From NCBI RefSeq assembly GCF_022539665.2, contig NC_081331.1, positions 4,588,001 through 4,652,000 on the forward strand: a stretch of 64,000 nt of DNA, written 5' to 3'. This document shows, one piece after another, positions 49,501-64,000 of this stretch. The number at the start of each line of letters is the position of its first letter. Within the stretch, counting starts at the first letter, position 1. Made by a program: the position numbers and the translations under genes. The DNA is from Daphnia carinata (Eukaryota). Under the pieces are notes generated by a model that ran no database searches, was not told the DNA's origin, and saw nothing but the letters and a program-made list of their open reading frames with translations.

Positions 49501-52500
49501 ATCGTAAAGAATGCATTGCCGGCTCGTTTCGTTATGGTCAGCAACTGGAACAATAACAACAAAAGCAACAGCAGGGGCTAGCAGGAAGGTCTCTCGCCGA
49601 CTCGGCATGATATCGCGCAGTTTCGCAGCTCCAACGAGGACTCTAACCAATTCTCTCTGGCATTGTTTTGAAGCCCTGTTCGGTATATGGGGTTTTTTAT
49701 GGGTCCCTCGATCTGGCATGGCGATATCGGATTATATCAGTCGCGCCCACCCAGCGGCATCTGAAACAGACATTGGCAATTGATACAACTGGCGCTCACT
49801 CTTATAGAACAGCATACGTAACAACTCGTTTGATATATTTGACTTTCATTGATTTGATTGCCATCCAATGACCATATGGAGCTGCGAATCGGAAGGCAAA
49901 AGAAGAAGGTGAAAGATAGCCTATTGCCTTGAAATTTATAACCGGCTGCTACACGTGATAATAGAGGCAGGAAAAAAAAAAGACAAGGCGTCAATAACGT
50001 TATGTAGGAGAGACTCATCTTTCGGCAAATATTCCCCCTGCAGTCGTCATAAAAATAAGATTAAACAAGAGCCGACCCACGCCATCCGAAGACCAATCAG
50101 TCCAAGTCAGGGACGTGTTTCCGAATTGCTACATCATAAAGTGATATAAATGAATAATTTGCACCTCGTGTCTCGAATTGCCTCGATGACTTTGTTTTAA
50201 CACCCATCAGTCAACGAAACAGCGCAGGATGCACTTAGTTCCGCCCAATGTAAAGAACTTAAGTGATCCGGCAAAAGTTCGAAACTAATCGAGTTGCACT
50301 TTGTTGTTTCCCCCTTTTTCGCTGATGAGATCTAACATCGCCATTTTCTTCAAGTGACGTACCACCTCTCTTTTTTAAAAGGCGTGTTGACGTTATGTAC
50401 TTGTTTTTTTCGGGCGTGCCGGAAATGCAGAGGCAAATAGATAAAGAAAGACAGTTTGGGAAAAGATACAGTAGTAATGACGTGAATGTAATTCGATAAG
50501 CCTTGAACGAAAAGAAGGCTCCCCGGATTTGGGACCTGTTTCCGTAGGCAACGTTCTTCACTAAGTTCTTTTGCGTTGTTACGGCAAAAAGTATGGTCCG
50601 GCAGGATGTACGAAATGCATCACTATTGGCTCATCATTGGCCAAAACATGCCGATCGGAACAGGATAGGAAAACACTGTTTTTCTTAGCCTCTTAGTTGA
50701 GCGGAAGAACAAATGTTTTCCGGCCCTGTGCCGTAGTGGATGGTGTACAAGGGCAGACGCGCTATAGCAACAAAAAACGCGGGCAGCGGCTGCATTTGAT
50801 AGATAGAATTACGAATCGGAATAGACCAAGGTCTGTTTACGTTAAGACTAGGTCGTTATTGGAAACGCTTTGCTTTGATCCGTGGCTGTCTAGACGACGT
50901 TCCATGCTCTTCCACATTGCCGCACGTATCCAGCATCCGGCTGGATAAACACTCAACCACTATGCAAGACATAACGCGACAAATCTGGTGGAACGGGCGT
51001 TTTCTACGCAGATCATCCAACCCCCCCTTTTTCTTTTGCTCTAGCAAAATAGGTGTTGATTTTTATTTGAAGATTCAAATCGACCGCCGCTTCGCGGCTT
51101 ACAGTGATGATCCCTTTCAAAGTGGAAGCGAAGCCTTTAGAGCTCCCGATTGTGCACCCGCAGATGACAGTTTTTTTCAAATAATTCCATGCGCACCAAG
51201 ATTGTAGGGTGCATGTGCATTGGTGTGTTTGCGCTCTTATTCCCGCTTGTGTGTTCCGTATATATCCATCGGTATAAAGTGGGGTCTACATGTCGCAGCA
51301 CGTACTCTTTTACGTAGTCACGCTTGCGTGAAAAACTGCTTGAATCGGTTACGTTATCTGTTACGAAACGCATCGAAGTTTTAAGGGCTACATTGATTTT
51401 TTAAAATTCCATTTTTGCGTTGGAAAACACGAAATTTGTTCACTTGCCAATTCGAGGCCCGTAGCGTTTTACTATGCAGTTACCATTTTAACACCTTTCT
51501 TTATACCTCGTTCGATTCTCTAAAAAGGTAGGAGAAAGGTGAAAGAATTTCGTCCAAATAAAGTCAAAACATCCCGCAGCCAAAACACCTAGGTGGCTCT
51601 TGATTTATGATGGGTAATCTGCAAAATATCTCAAAGTTTCTTTTTTGAATTGGGCGTGCTATTTGTCCCGTGACAATGACTAGGGAAGCTGGGAATTCTC
51701 CAGAAAGGGAAGGCTAACACGAAGAGAATAATAAGATTTTAAACGGAAAAAAAAATCCATAGACGGGCCTGAAATGGGAGAAGCTGCGGCGCAGTACGGA
51801 CATCTGTGTAGGTGCGATAAAAGAGACTGCCGCGGTAGGGTGGGGAGAGCAAGTCTACGTCCAAGCTGATGAAATTCTGCTAGTTCACGACGTTTATTTG
51901 GTCGCCCTCTTGTATTCTTTACAGATTTTTGAGTAACGAACTTCTCTCTTGGTCCCGATACGTGCTCAATAACAACGACCATCTCGATGTCAATAACCCC
52001 ATCGATGATGACTATCGTAAATTATTCAGGAAATGCCGTCTAGTCATGCGGGGTCACCAAGGGGAGAAAACTCTTACAATCTCCTTATATTCCCGTCTAG
52101 TGGTATTTCCCGAGGCTGTCGATTTGTTTGGATCATTTGAGTGAAAAAAAAAACCCGTTCCACCCGACGGGTAGAAAAATGTAAACCGTGTGAGTGATTG
52201 CTATGATGAAATACGTTACACTATATCACAGGCCTAGTGCGGGAGTACTTGTAATCACATTTTCTGAAAATGGTTCACTTGATTGAGCTCCCCTCGCCGT
52301 TGTTGGATGTATCTGTTTTACCTACACTTTTTTTTTTTCTTGACGGCCATCAATGGACAAAAAAACTTCTTCCCACTCCCTCGACTACCGTCTTATTGCT
52401 TTCGCGTGTTTCTCGTTTACCGCTTCACGCATCGAAACTTGTCCGACATGACAAGATATTGCTGACGTCTTCCGATTTGTCGATTGTTTTTTTCTCTTTC

Positions 52501-55500
52501 TAGTCTATAACTACATTTCTATGAAGGCAACGGGTATCATGTTCTTCTTCGCTTTTTGTTATTTGACAATCAACTTTTGTAATGTAGGACTCTGTTGAAT
52601 AACTTTTCAAAGTCGTTTGAGTGTCTTGACGTCACTATGGGACTGAATGGCATCCATTCTCTTTTATTTGAGCGTTGCTCTTGGTGCGTTTACTTTTCTT
52701 GTTATCCAAACTATTGTAGGTTATACATAAGGTGGCAATCAAATGCAAAAGTAGAAGAAGAACATGAAGCGAAATAAAAGGGTCGCTTATTTTTCTGTAA
52801 CAAGTAGCCGCATTTTTTGCAGATGTTTTTCTGCATTGCCGTTTCTTTATGCTGCCAGCAAACCATCAAACCAGTCTGCTGGCTTTTACGACCTTGCAGA
52901 AAAGCCTCAACAACGACGTGCTTATACATTTTTTTGTTTGAAAGAAAATTCCAAAAATGAAAACACGCATAACATAACAACAAAAAAATACTGGAGGCCA
53001 AAGAGAAAATGCTCTTCCGTCTCCATCATTATTCATTCTTTTGTCAACGGCCCTTATTCTTTTTTTTCACTCACTTGCATTGTGCGGATTTACTTTGCCA
53101 ACAAAAGCCTTCTTTTCGTATTAAACAACCGCTGTCCAACACCGTTTTTGTTGTTGTAAAGTCTCGCCGTTGTGTCGTTCATTCACGGCCAAACTGCTTA
53201 GCTCCTCCACCTTTCACGACACGATGTCTTCGCTTCCATCATCTCCTTTTATTGTCCGTCCTTTTTCTTTTTCCTGTCTTTTCTTTTTTGTTCTACGTCT
53301 CCTGATAAAGTAAAGAGCTTTACCGTGCAATATGAATAGCTTTTGCGTGGTATATTTCCGATAGCGCCGCGTCGTCCCTACGTTCATAATCGATGGCCAG
53401 GCAAAGTGACGCGCCTTGTTTTTCGTATTGGTTGCATGTAAGGCACAGTGCACTATTATATAGCCGATCAATATCAAGTGCTAAAGTAGAGGAAGGGGGG
53501 GGGGGGGTGACACAATGACGACGGCCATGGCGATGAGATTGAGTGAGACAAAAGAATGTAAAAATCGTTTACCATCCACGGCCTGTGTCTCCCCAACGGG
53601 ATGGATACGTTTCGTTTGGGCCCGTGACAAAACTCTGTCTCAATCAACTCTTGGCCATGGCATGCCAGACCCCGGAGACTCAGCCGTAGGAAAAGGGATA
53701 ATGAAAAATTGTTTGAACAAAAGACGAAGGAAATAAAAAACAAAAGGATGACATTAAAGAAAAAGGAAGTCTGGAAAGAATTCAGGCAAGTTAGATTATG
53801 GGTTGTGAGTTTGGGGCGTTGGCCGTGAAAGTGGAGAATCACGGACGATACCGTTAGTCCGTTTGTCAGCTGTGTTGTCTTTCACAGATCTCCTCGCCCA
53901 GTGTCACCGCGAACGCAGGTGTACGCTGTTTTTGGGAAACTAAAAGATTTTCGGCTATTGAGCTGCCCCGCCCTTTAATGCGAGTACACAAGACAATGGT
54001 GATGGAGTACATCAAGGACTTTATCGTTTCCTTCGTCCTCTATTGATCGGAGATGGACCCTGTGTAATCTAAAAGAGTCGCACACATACTAAGGACACAC
54101 GCGCAAATGCCATTCATCTTCGTGATTATACGTTGCGGCATAGTGCCCAAGTTATTTCCGGCAAACGCTGATTAGCGATCAGTTACTGGGCTACATCCAA
54201 CTTGCACGCCAATTGCCATTATAATGAACAAAAGGCGTTTTCTTCCGTGTCTGTTATCGCCGAGATACATCGCTTATCCCGAATCGCCAATCAGCACCAT
54301 TTTCATCCCACATTTTTTTTAATATTTTCGGATCTTTTCTATTCAATTGATCGTTTTCTATTAACTGTTTCTTTTTTTCTTGATATCCAAATAATTGGGC
54401 GAGGCAGTAAAAACCCTGTCGTTGGTTATTGGTTAGGGACGTTTTGGAACACTACACCGAGGACGCTGTTCGTTCGCATCAAGCTGGCAAAAAAATTGGC
54501 CTTGCACAATGTAATGTTTGTTTGATGATTGACGTAGGCGACCTTTGACGCTATTATCGACTTTCTATTTCTCAGATCTAGCGACAACCTTTTGGCTGTC
54601 GGATTTTACCAGTTCGTGCTGCATGTTTTCGAGGAATGAAGAAACAAAAAAAATGGGCCATTTCCTTATCGGAGTTAGTGCACGGAATGATTGATCTAGC
54701 CGACTCTTGTTAGGAAGCTTGCACCCATCAATAACGCAACACCATTTTGAGTTGAAAGGTGTGCGACTTGGAAAAGAGCTTTTCGTTTCAAATTTTGTTC
54801 CCCATATTTATTCGTGGCCTTTTTCTCTTTGGCAAGTGCTATTTTTTGTTTGATTTCACAGTTTCCAAGAGAAATTCTATCAAATGATGCCGAGATAAGT
54901 AGGGAAACGGGCCAGAATAATAATAAAAAAGAGAACGACTGGCAGTGAGAGCCGTCACAGTGAAAAGGAAATTGACGACCTTGTCAACGGAAAAAGCCCC
55001 ACTGTTTGGGTTACACTCTCGTTGACCCGGTCTCTCACTCTCCGTCAGTGTAACCTTCTTTATATGCACTGTATGTTTGTTTATACATACCATTCTCACA
55101 TATATGGGCTAGTAGCCTATATAAATGTATACACTGAAATCTAAAAAATAATTTTTTGCATAAATCAAACAGAAAAATGCGAGTATTATTGATACACACG
55201 CACTAGTCTTTATATGGTGGGCAATACATGCGATGGCGCTTAATGTACTATTACTATACACTTCAGTTTGTATAAACAGTGGCCGCGCAAAGCTTAGTGG
55301 ACGACCAACAACTTGCTATCTAGCAGATTGAAGCAATCTTGTAGCTCCGTATTAAAAAAAAAACACGACCGAATTTGTTTTTTGCTCTAAAAAAATGCCC
55401 TTATTGCTCGGAGAATAGGTAAACATTTCGATTCCGATGTTGGACTTGCTTCGCAATAGCAGGGACTATACATTAATAACCAAATCAATCGTACCCGCCA

Positions 55501-58500
55501 ATGTCATTGAAATGCCGTCTTTTACATCGTCATGTTATCTAACTTCAGTCATCTGTCAATGTTTGGCAATGTCTTTTCCGCCGGTGGCGACTGTTATGTA
55601 CCGCTGCGACTAAAGAAAACATGTTTGATCGGTACGGGAATGTCTTGGGGAACCGCTGGATTGACTATCTAGCCAAATTTCTCTTTTGCATTTCTTTTTA
55701 CCAACCTAATTAATTCCCTCCGTGTGTTGCTATGGCAAAATCGTAGTGGACCTTATGACCCTTGAAACGAGTTATCTACGTAATTGCCGCGTGCGTGATA
55801 TAAAAAAAAGAAGGAAACATTTGTAAGACGTAAAGGCAAACAAACAGCCGTCCCTTCCCCCCCCCCCCCAAAAAAAAAAAAAGTTTATTTTTTGCTAATT
55901 TCTGTTTTGTTTTTATTTATTTTTCTTTTTTTGTAAGATGAAAGAAACCAATCAAAAATTGTCAGCGAATATCGTGAAGAGCTGCCGTATATGGTCTGAT
56001 TGAAAAGCCGCTCGTCCGTGCCTTTTCTAGACTGGGGAAAGGCAGGAATTACATATAAAAAACTATTAAATGGCATCTTGGAAGACGAGGACTAGACGCA
56101 TGCTAGACGTATCGTAAATCACTCCAATTAAAACTCATCTGGCTGTGCGTGCGGCTCTTGTGTGGGCCCCATCATTTTCAAACTGGGCGGACTGTACAGT
56201 TGGCTCTTGAATGAGAAAGAAGCTCTTGACAACAGTACAAATAATTCTAACAAATTCGTCAGGGCTGAATCATTGTTACTAATCAGGCCAGGCTCGTCGA
56301 CCCTTCCATGTTCCATGAAAATTTATTGTCACAGAGAGGACTGTTTCCCTTGGCTATTGATGGAAACACGGCGGGGTACGAACGTAACGATATCAGATCA
56401 GCATGAATTAGGACGTCAGCTCGTTTGCTGTTTACCCATTCTAGACTGAGTAGGAAATGTAAATTGATAGCGAACGCAAAAGCATCAGTTAATATGTTTA
56501 CATTCTGTAGAAATTGACGCATCCTAAAACGGCAATGGGACAGTGCGTCAATCGATTTGAATTGTTGGCTGTGTGCAACAAACAACATTTCTGCTTCAAT
56601 CGAATTGATCTGTAGTCATGCATCGGGTCAGGCTTGTTGTAAACGTCAAGATGAATTTCTAGAAGAAAAAAATGTTGTAGACACGAATCAAAAATGCTTT
56701 CAGCGGATGCCGTGCGGATGACGACGTCGTTTGATGAAACATTCCGTCAGAACTGCCTCATCACATTCCGAAATTTTTCTAATGCGCAGTCAAATATTAG
56801 GCTGTTCTATCGCTAACATTCCCTACTAACTTGGTATGAAAGGATATTTTAGAACAACTTGGCTGATCGATAGGAGTCGGTACGCCAGACAAAACGAATC
56901 AGCACATCAACAACTTCTTCTTTATTTTCAGCTGTTATTGTAAGCGTCCCAAAACCGGATTTAGATTTTTTTTGTAGACTTGGACCGATGATTGACCGAT
57001 CGTATGCGCAGTAAGATACCACCCGCTGTCTGTTTTGCTACATTGGTTCCATCAGTCTTGCTGGCGGTGTGCCGGAACGTTACGCAATTCCGGCGTCCTC
57101 GTCATCAAGAACACAGTGGGTGGGATGGAAATAAAAAGGGCACGTGTTCTTTATTAAGAGATTTAATCATTTTTAATGAACACGAAATCATAGTTTTGAT
57201 TTTCCTTGGAATGGTCGGGTCACGGGCTCATTCAAAATCGTTATGGGAAACGGAGTTGAATCGCACCAGGTTTTCTTTCCTCCCCATTTGATGCGAAGAC
57301 TGGAAAGTGGGAAATCGGATCTCTAATAAGCTTGAACGAAATGCTTCTACGCCATGGTTAAGTTTTAACCTCTTAGACGTAGCCAAGAGACTTTGATCTC
57401 TGGACTGCGTAAAATAGACCCTTATGTTGCAGATGCGCTTTGGTAACCGATCCTGTGACAAGTCTGGATTAAAATTATTTAAGGATTCCCCCAATGCGAT
57501 TCCTTCCAACACTTTTGATCTCGATTACAAGTCCTTAGTATCAACAGATGCTGCATGGATTTCAGAAGCTAAAAAGTCGAAGGAAGTATTTGACCCCATT
57601 TTCGGTTTTGCTATTTTTTCAGCTTCATTTAAGCGTATCGTCTTTTTGATGGTTCAGTTCGTATAAACGCCTGAAGCTGCAGACGTACACTAACGTATGC
57701 GAACGGCGATTTTTATTGATATTTTTAGCTACATTATGCAACGAAGTCACAGTCTTGGTGGCTTAAAGTCCAGAATCCCGAATATCCCAGGCAGCTGCAG
57801 CCCATCAGAAAAACCGCGCACATTAGCCGAGGGCATTGCGTCAAAGTCAATCGCCCTTTAATGTTTTTGCGTCTTTACATCTGTATTTGGGTTTATACGG
57901 CGTGACAGTGCAACTTCTATTTAAAGAGAGATCACGCGTCGGTTGCGACGGAGTTTAGATTTCGATCAGCTATGAGCATTTCACTGGGTTAATCGAAACG
58001 TTTTGTGCTATCTAAAGTTTATTGCTATAACACAAAATAATTTCTCATTCAAGATACCAATTGTAGAAACATTTGATTTGCGATGATACTTGCGCATTTG
58101 GAATTTCTTTATTGGTATTTGAAACGGGAATTCAACGGAGAAATATAATTTGGGAACAGGTCTCGGTACCAGATGCCTATGGCATCACCATTTTGTACCT
58201 ACGCACAATCGGAAAGAAAGGTTCAGCTTGGTAACTATAAAAAAAAAGGACCAGAAAAAGAAAGATAGAGAGATGAGGCACTATATACCGTGTATATAGT
58301 TGTATAGGCGCGTCCCACGGGCGCTGGGTCAATAATCAACACCTACACTGCTACATTATTTACACAACACCAGCACGTATAGCGCAGGGCATCCTGTACA
58401 ACTCGTTCGGGTCGTTTCGCCGTGCCTCCCCCCCCCCCCCAAATCTTTCTTTTTCCTTTCGCTTCATGGCGTCTTCCTTGACGATGTTATAAATATGTTG

Positions 58501-61500
58501 ATACAGATATCGGGGGCCGGATCTGCAGACACGCTTCTTTATTTATCCGCCTTTTTTTTACCGCCTGTGGTTTCTTTTCACTTTCCGACACCAGGAAGTA
58601 CGCGTCTTTCATGATGGAAAGTGCATTTTCATTTTATTTTTATTATTGTTATTATTATTTTTTTTTTTTCGTGCATATATTCAACAGAAAGTTTTCCTTT
58701 GGGTACCACCATTAGGGGGTTTCACTTTTCGATAAGATAGAGTCTTTAATAGACCAAAGTTTCAAGGCTGCCAATCTCTTATTGTGTGCGCTGACTTTGC
58801 CTGTCTCTTTATCTAATATGTTTTCCTTGGAAGACGTCCACATAACGGAGATTTTATTATTTTCTTTTTTGGAACGCTAATGATATTGAAACAACCGCGT
58901 GCAGTGAACAGTGAAAACGTAAAACTGAGGGAGAAAAAAAACAAAACAAAAACACTGCCTGTAGTTTTAGAAATCAAATCTAGTATAGAATGAACATATA
59001 CACATTTTTTCCCGATCACAACGAAACTCAATATCGTTTCTATTTGGATTTTTAAGCGGATGGCTGAGTTTCGAGCCGACTTATGTACAGGAATTAGGCT
59101 ATTTTCTATTTTTATACCGAAGGGCTAAAAGTAGTGAACGAATAAAATAAAATCGATACTCCACGCTCTTAGCTATTGACTGTTCTCAGTTTTTTTTTCG
59201 CTTTAACATTTTTATGTGGAAGACGGAGAAGACGGTTTCTTCATAAATCGAAGGCATAATGTGAGAGCCGAACAGCGTCCCGCTTTCATAACCGGTCTAC
59301 GTCAATTAGATAAGCCAGCATACCCACACTCCCGCCCGCCCCCCCCCCATGTATTGGAGGCCGGGATTTCAGATTTTTACACATTGGTTTATTTATGCGA
59401 ATTTTCAATCGAGAATGGCTAGTGTAAAGCTTGTTGGTAAAGCCGATAACACAGTGGGAAGCATTCGTGGTTTGGCTGATGACGCTAAAAATTAGGGACG
59501 GTAAAAAAAAGGAACTCTAATTTTCGTGGCCTTTTGTATTTGTAGAAAACTCTAAAAAGAGAGAAATGGAGAGCTCATCAACGCAAAAGAAGAGAGAAAT
59601 TGGCTCAGGCTCTTTCCGGTGTTCTATTAAGCTTTGTTTGCGTTTATTCTTTCTTTGTTTTTGTATGGTTGTAAATGAACGGCTGTATAACGGCATTTGT
59701 TGAGTAGACAAGCGGCCACGAACGAGACTTTAACCTAACTTTTTTGGTTCCTAAATCCACCGTTTCCCTGTTGACGAGTCCTAGCCAAATTAAGTCACAA
59801 CATATTTATTAACGACGCCACCAACCAGAATAGTATACGTGAGTGTTTGTCTTTTTCCCTACAGGGAGAAAAGAGAACAAAAACATGGAGAATAAGGTTG
59901 GCCAACGACTTGGTCAAAAGAATAGTTGGGTCTTTACCGAGTTGCTTACCGCAGCACGCCTCAAATAGTATGCACTCTGGGACTTGCGTACTATTCTTTT
60001 ATTTTTATTTTATTTATTTATTTTGAAAAAAAGGGGGGGGGGAATGAGGTTGACTCTCTTTCCCTCCCTCCATCGTTCGACGTCGTCGTCGTCATCCTTA
60101 TTTTGCTTTCCCCTTTTTTTTCTCTCTTTTTTTCTCCCGCACGCGCTCCCGGAAAGCGCGCGGGTTTGCCCGCGCAGCAGACTCGGTTCCAGTCAGACTA
60201 TACAAGTCGATCTACAGACGGGATAGAAATCTAGAAGAAGACTTGAAGAGCCAGCGTCTGGTCAGCATCATCAAGCGCTGTATTGCTCAGTGTCTGTCGC
60301 GGTTCATTCTCTCTGCCCGTCCATCTGTTAGCGGCCAGGCACTGCCTATTTGGCATTTCCGTTTCTCTGCTTGATTTTATTTTTTTTTCTTGTCTGGCTG
60401 TCTCTCTTTCCCTTGAGAGAGAGAGAGCAAGGGTGGAGTACACGCAGTGAAGCTTAAGACAAGGCCGCATTGGGATTGTGTTGTCATTTGCCCATCGTCT
60501 TTGGCCGTCGTCGGCTTCTTATCAACAAGTGGCTCTCTCAAGTTGCTTTCAACGGCCACCTTTAGCCATCCCTCATCTCAAGACTACTCTCAGCTTTTTG
60601 TTATCTTTTCTTCCAAACGAGTTATCTGTCGTTTTAAACCTCTGGCTCATCGTTTTCGCAGTTGTACTACGAGACAATCCCCTCGACTTTATTGGCGAAT
60701 TTTGTAGCCATTAAGGTAGGCAAATGTATATTTATAGGATGACGATGATGAGCACGGCTCCAATGTCTGTTTATTTTGGCTTTCTTCGCGTGCACTGCAA
60801 TATTTCAGAAGAAATGTTTTCACTCTTCATCACCGGCCAAACGGGGGCTCTTTGGTTATTTGTTTATTTGGCTTTTCACATCCTCCCGTCCTGGCCATAT
60901 CTTTCTCATTCATTTTTTGTTTGTTTTTCAAACGATAATTTTTCGTGAAGAGTAGTTTGCCAAGTCTGCGTCAAGTTCCGGTAAGCTAGTATGTAACGTC
61001 GATCACATGTGCTGCTAAAATAACCCACCCTGTCGTTGCGTAGCCGCAATTCGGACTTCAAGCCCGGCAACATTTCGCTGATTGCACCAAAACAAACCAT
61101 TTGTCATTACATTACTCATCGGAGTTTTCTTTTGCCTTAGAATATATGCTGCCTTAAGCCGAGGAAGTCATATAAGAGAAAGATTAACGATGTGAAGAGG
61201 CATATTATTTCCAGCGCACACCAATACCGAGATGATGCGATGTTTGCAAAGCGATTTACTTTGAACTGCAATCTTCGCCTCCAGATGAGTCTATTCATTT
61301 GAATCGTGAACGTTGCTGACGTTTCTATCATTCTCGCGTCTCTCGAGAGCTGTGACTTTCTTCGTTGTTAAGTTATTTCAACACCCGCTGATTGCTTCTC
61401 GTATTTCCTTGACGACTTTACAGCGTATTCCGTTCGATGCCACATGCGCAGTCCCCTGAACACTTTTCGGTATTTGATTGACGGGGAACGCTTATGAAGC

Positions 61501-64000
61501 GGTGCTATGTGTTCTGTGCTATGGATTTTGTCTTAATTTTTGTGTAAAGTTTGGCGCACACAAATAGCAATTTTCATTACATGAAATAGTTTGCAACAAC
61601 TTTTGCGAAACAAGAGTTACTGAAATATTGAATGCGTACTGAAATGAAGGGAAATGAAACTTTTCACTCTTTGCTCTTGGTAGGAAAAAATTCCCATTCA
61701 GCGAGTCAAATTAGCTCATTAAACAATACATAACTGTGTTTGTAGATTTCCCTTTTTTACGGGACTGTGAGCCTTCGGGCAAAAGCTACACGCAGGAAGA
61801 AATTCTTCCTTCATCGAGTCTTTTTTCCAACATAAACATGAAAATAATGAGAGGAGGAGCAAGGAAATCTGTAAATGCAATTTTCTTTGCCGAAAAAAAA
61901 GAGAACTAAGGACCGTAGTCGTCTGTTGCCAACACAATGGAAAGAACCTAACGCGAAACGCTGTGAGACGGACTTAAAAGCGGATCGCTAAATACAAAAG
62001 AGGATTGTTGCGAAACACGCATGGCTGCTTTTATTGTCTGGAACACTGTGTGTGATCGGAATGGTGGAGGAGCTTGTGGTGAAGGGGGGGGGGCGAATGG
62101 AATAATGAAGACGTACATAAATTTTCTTTTAAAAGCGTCACTCGGGAGACGTTCGTATTTGTTCTACTTCTATACTCAATATTTTTTTCAAGAACTCTAC
62201 AAGCGGCCTTGGCCAGATCTTAGGTCTCTTGGAATATTGGCTCTCCATTTCGCACGAAGAGCAATTTCCACTACTCCAGTAGATATAGCGTGAGAGAATG
62301 AAAAGAAATGTAAGTCCTGTACACTTAGCTGTTCCGTATAGAGTGGCCACGTTTCTTTACAGTTCCCAAGTCCGGATGGTGTGGACTCGAAGGCACGTCG
62401 CCGACGCACTCGTGTTTGCCTAATAGATTCGCCTCTTCAAACTAACAGGAATAAGAACTTTGGACAGACCAGGTTTTCTTTGCAATATTTCCTTTTTCAC
62501 CCTGGCAGGCAGCACAGTCGGTTGTTTGCACCCGAGAGTTTCTGTTGACAGCGGGACGCAACCGGAGAACCGATCGAATTTTCGACAAAAAAAGAAAACC
62601 AAACGGGATGTGTAATTCTTGACGTTGGGGAAATCGAAGAAACTGACAATATCAAATCCCCTCACACCAATGAGTATATCCCTTTCTTCCCATTGGGACA
62701 AGCATATGGCGAGTCGTTGATCCATCAGCGTGAAAAAAGAAGAAGCCTCTCGATCCTGTCGATGAACGTGTACCTACAGATTTATAAAGAACTGGTTTGG
62801 TTAGGATTTCTAAGGTCTATTGTGCACCGTCATCCTTTCGCAATTGAAGGAATCATGAGACTTACAGCGTCGTTGCACGGACGCTCAGATTTTCCATCCG
62901 TGCTACGTGTCGCGAACAGAGCGGTAAACAGACAACTCTTACATTCAATCTAACGTCGATCATTCGTTTTTTTTTTCCTATCGAGGAAGGGAGGAAGAAG
63001 ACTGGCATTACAAGCAAGAATGCGATGCAATACCGTAGCTATTCCATCATAAGACTTGACTTCGTTTTTGCTTCATTACCTTATTGTTCTCTAAAGAAGA
63101 GACTCTTCGTGGGAGTTGCCGGTAGAAGTTTAGAAGTTATTGCTTCCAGGTTATCCGGCTTAGCATTCGTTTAGGTGGAAGATAATTCAAACCAAGGCGA
63201 GTTACTGAAAGCTTCATTACGCGCACCCTCTATTGATAAAAGTTCATGGATTTAGCGCTGCGTGGGAATTGATTTGCGCTGCATTTTTATTCCAAATGAT
63301 GTCAGCTGGGAATAATTAGATGCTGACAGGAACTCGATTTGTCACTCTGGCCGCTGGAACGTATTTCGCGGTTTTTATTATAAATTCATCAAGCGAGCTG
63401 GAAGGGGAAATGTTACACCATTTTCTCTCATGGTCGTCGGCTGGTGATACTTAGCGTTCAGAACGACGTAAAAAAACCAACGAAGCCAAAATCGATTCCT
63501 ACCCATTTGCTTCGTTATACGACCCAAGAACCACAGATAACGATGAGACCATAACCGATTTCAGCACAAACCAATCAAAATACATAGCTTATTCATAGAA
63601 TTCAGCGGAGAGAAAAAAAAAATGAGTTCTGTCACGGTCGTGAAAAAAAAATCTGATATTCTGTCCTTCGTTTCTTCCGTTTCCCTGAACTGAATTTTCA
63701 AACTACCAGTCAATAAAATAAAAGTCCATTTATTATTATGATTACATTAAGCCACAACGCTACGAATTACATGTTTAACCAACTATATATTTTGGTGTTC
63801 CAATAAAGTTGTTATAGATACTCTCGATATTATAGGCTCTCTTACGACAAGCTAACAAATGCAATTACATGTATTCATTCGCTTTTTTCTATTTTTATTG
63901 GCTCTATTATCAATCCAGAATTACACAGGCGAACGGAGACCGGAAGGGCAGCTATGCATGAATTGCGAACTCTTCTCGACCGTTTGGAAATCGGCTGCTT

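Noticed and set aside
1..64000. CRISPR arrays, rRNA genes, prokaryotic operons, autonomous transposase or RT ORFs
   Set aside because: No regularly spaced repeats, rRNA motifs or long intronless enzyme ORFs were seen. The genes are spliceosomal-intron eukaryotic genes.

Overview
Eukaryotic genomic DNA, AT-rich, with many poly-A/T runs and mostly 55-100 nt GT-AG introns. This fits a compact arthropod genome, probably Daphnia-like (inference, not verified). Manual splicing supports seven protein-coding genes in 11-40.5 kb: a divergent tandem-C2 synaptotagmin-like gene (+), two tandem aquaglyceroporins (+), DNAJC17 (+), two tandem secreted somatomedin-B (SMB) repeat genes (-), one of them ending in a chitin-binding peritrophin-A domain, and an F-box DNA helicase FBH1 (+). 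Mobile or repeated DNA: a 431-bp hAT-type MITE with an 8-bp TSD, two related tRNA-derived SINE-like elements flanking DNAJC17, a Helentron-like remnant and a ~180-bp local duplication. The most unusual signals concern the aquaglyceroporin pair. Copy 1 has a His-rich first exon missed by the ORF track. Copy 2 has a glutamate in place of the aromatic residue of the ar/R selectivity filter, plus two extra introns. Regions 1-11 kb and 40.5-64 kb are essentially non-coding, with only weak exon candidates. All gene models are hand-made and have no transcript support.
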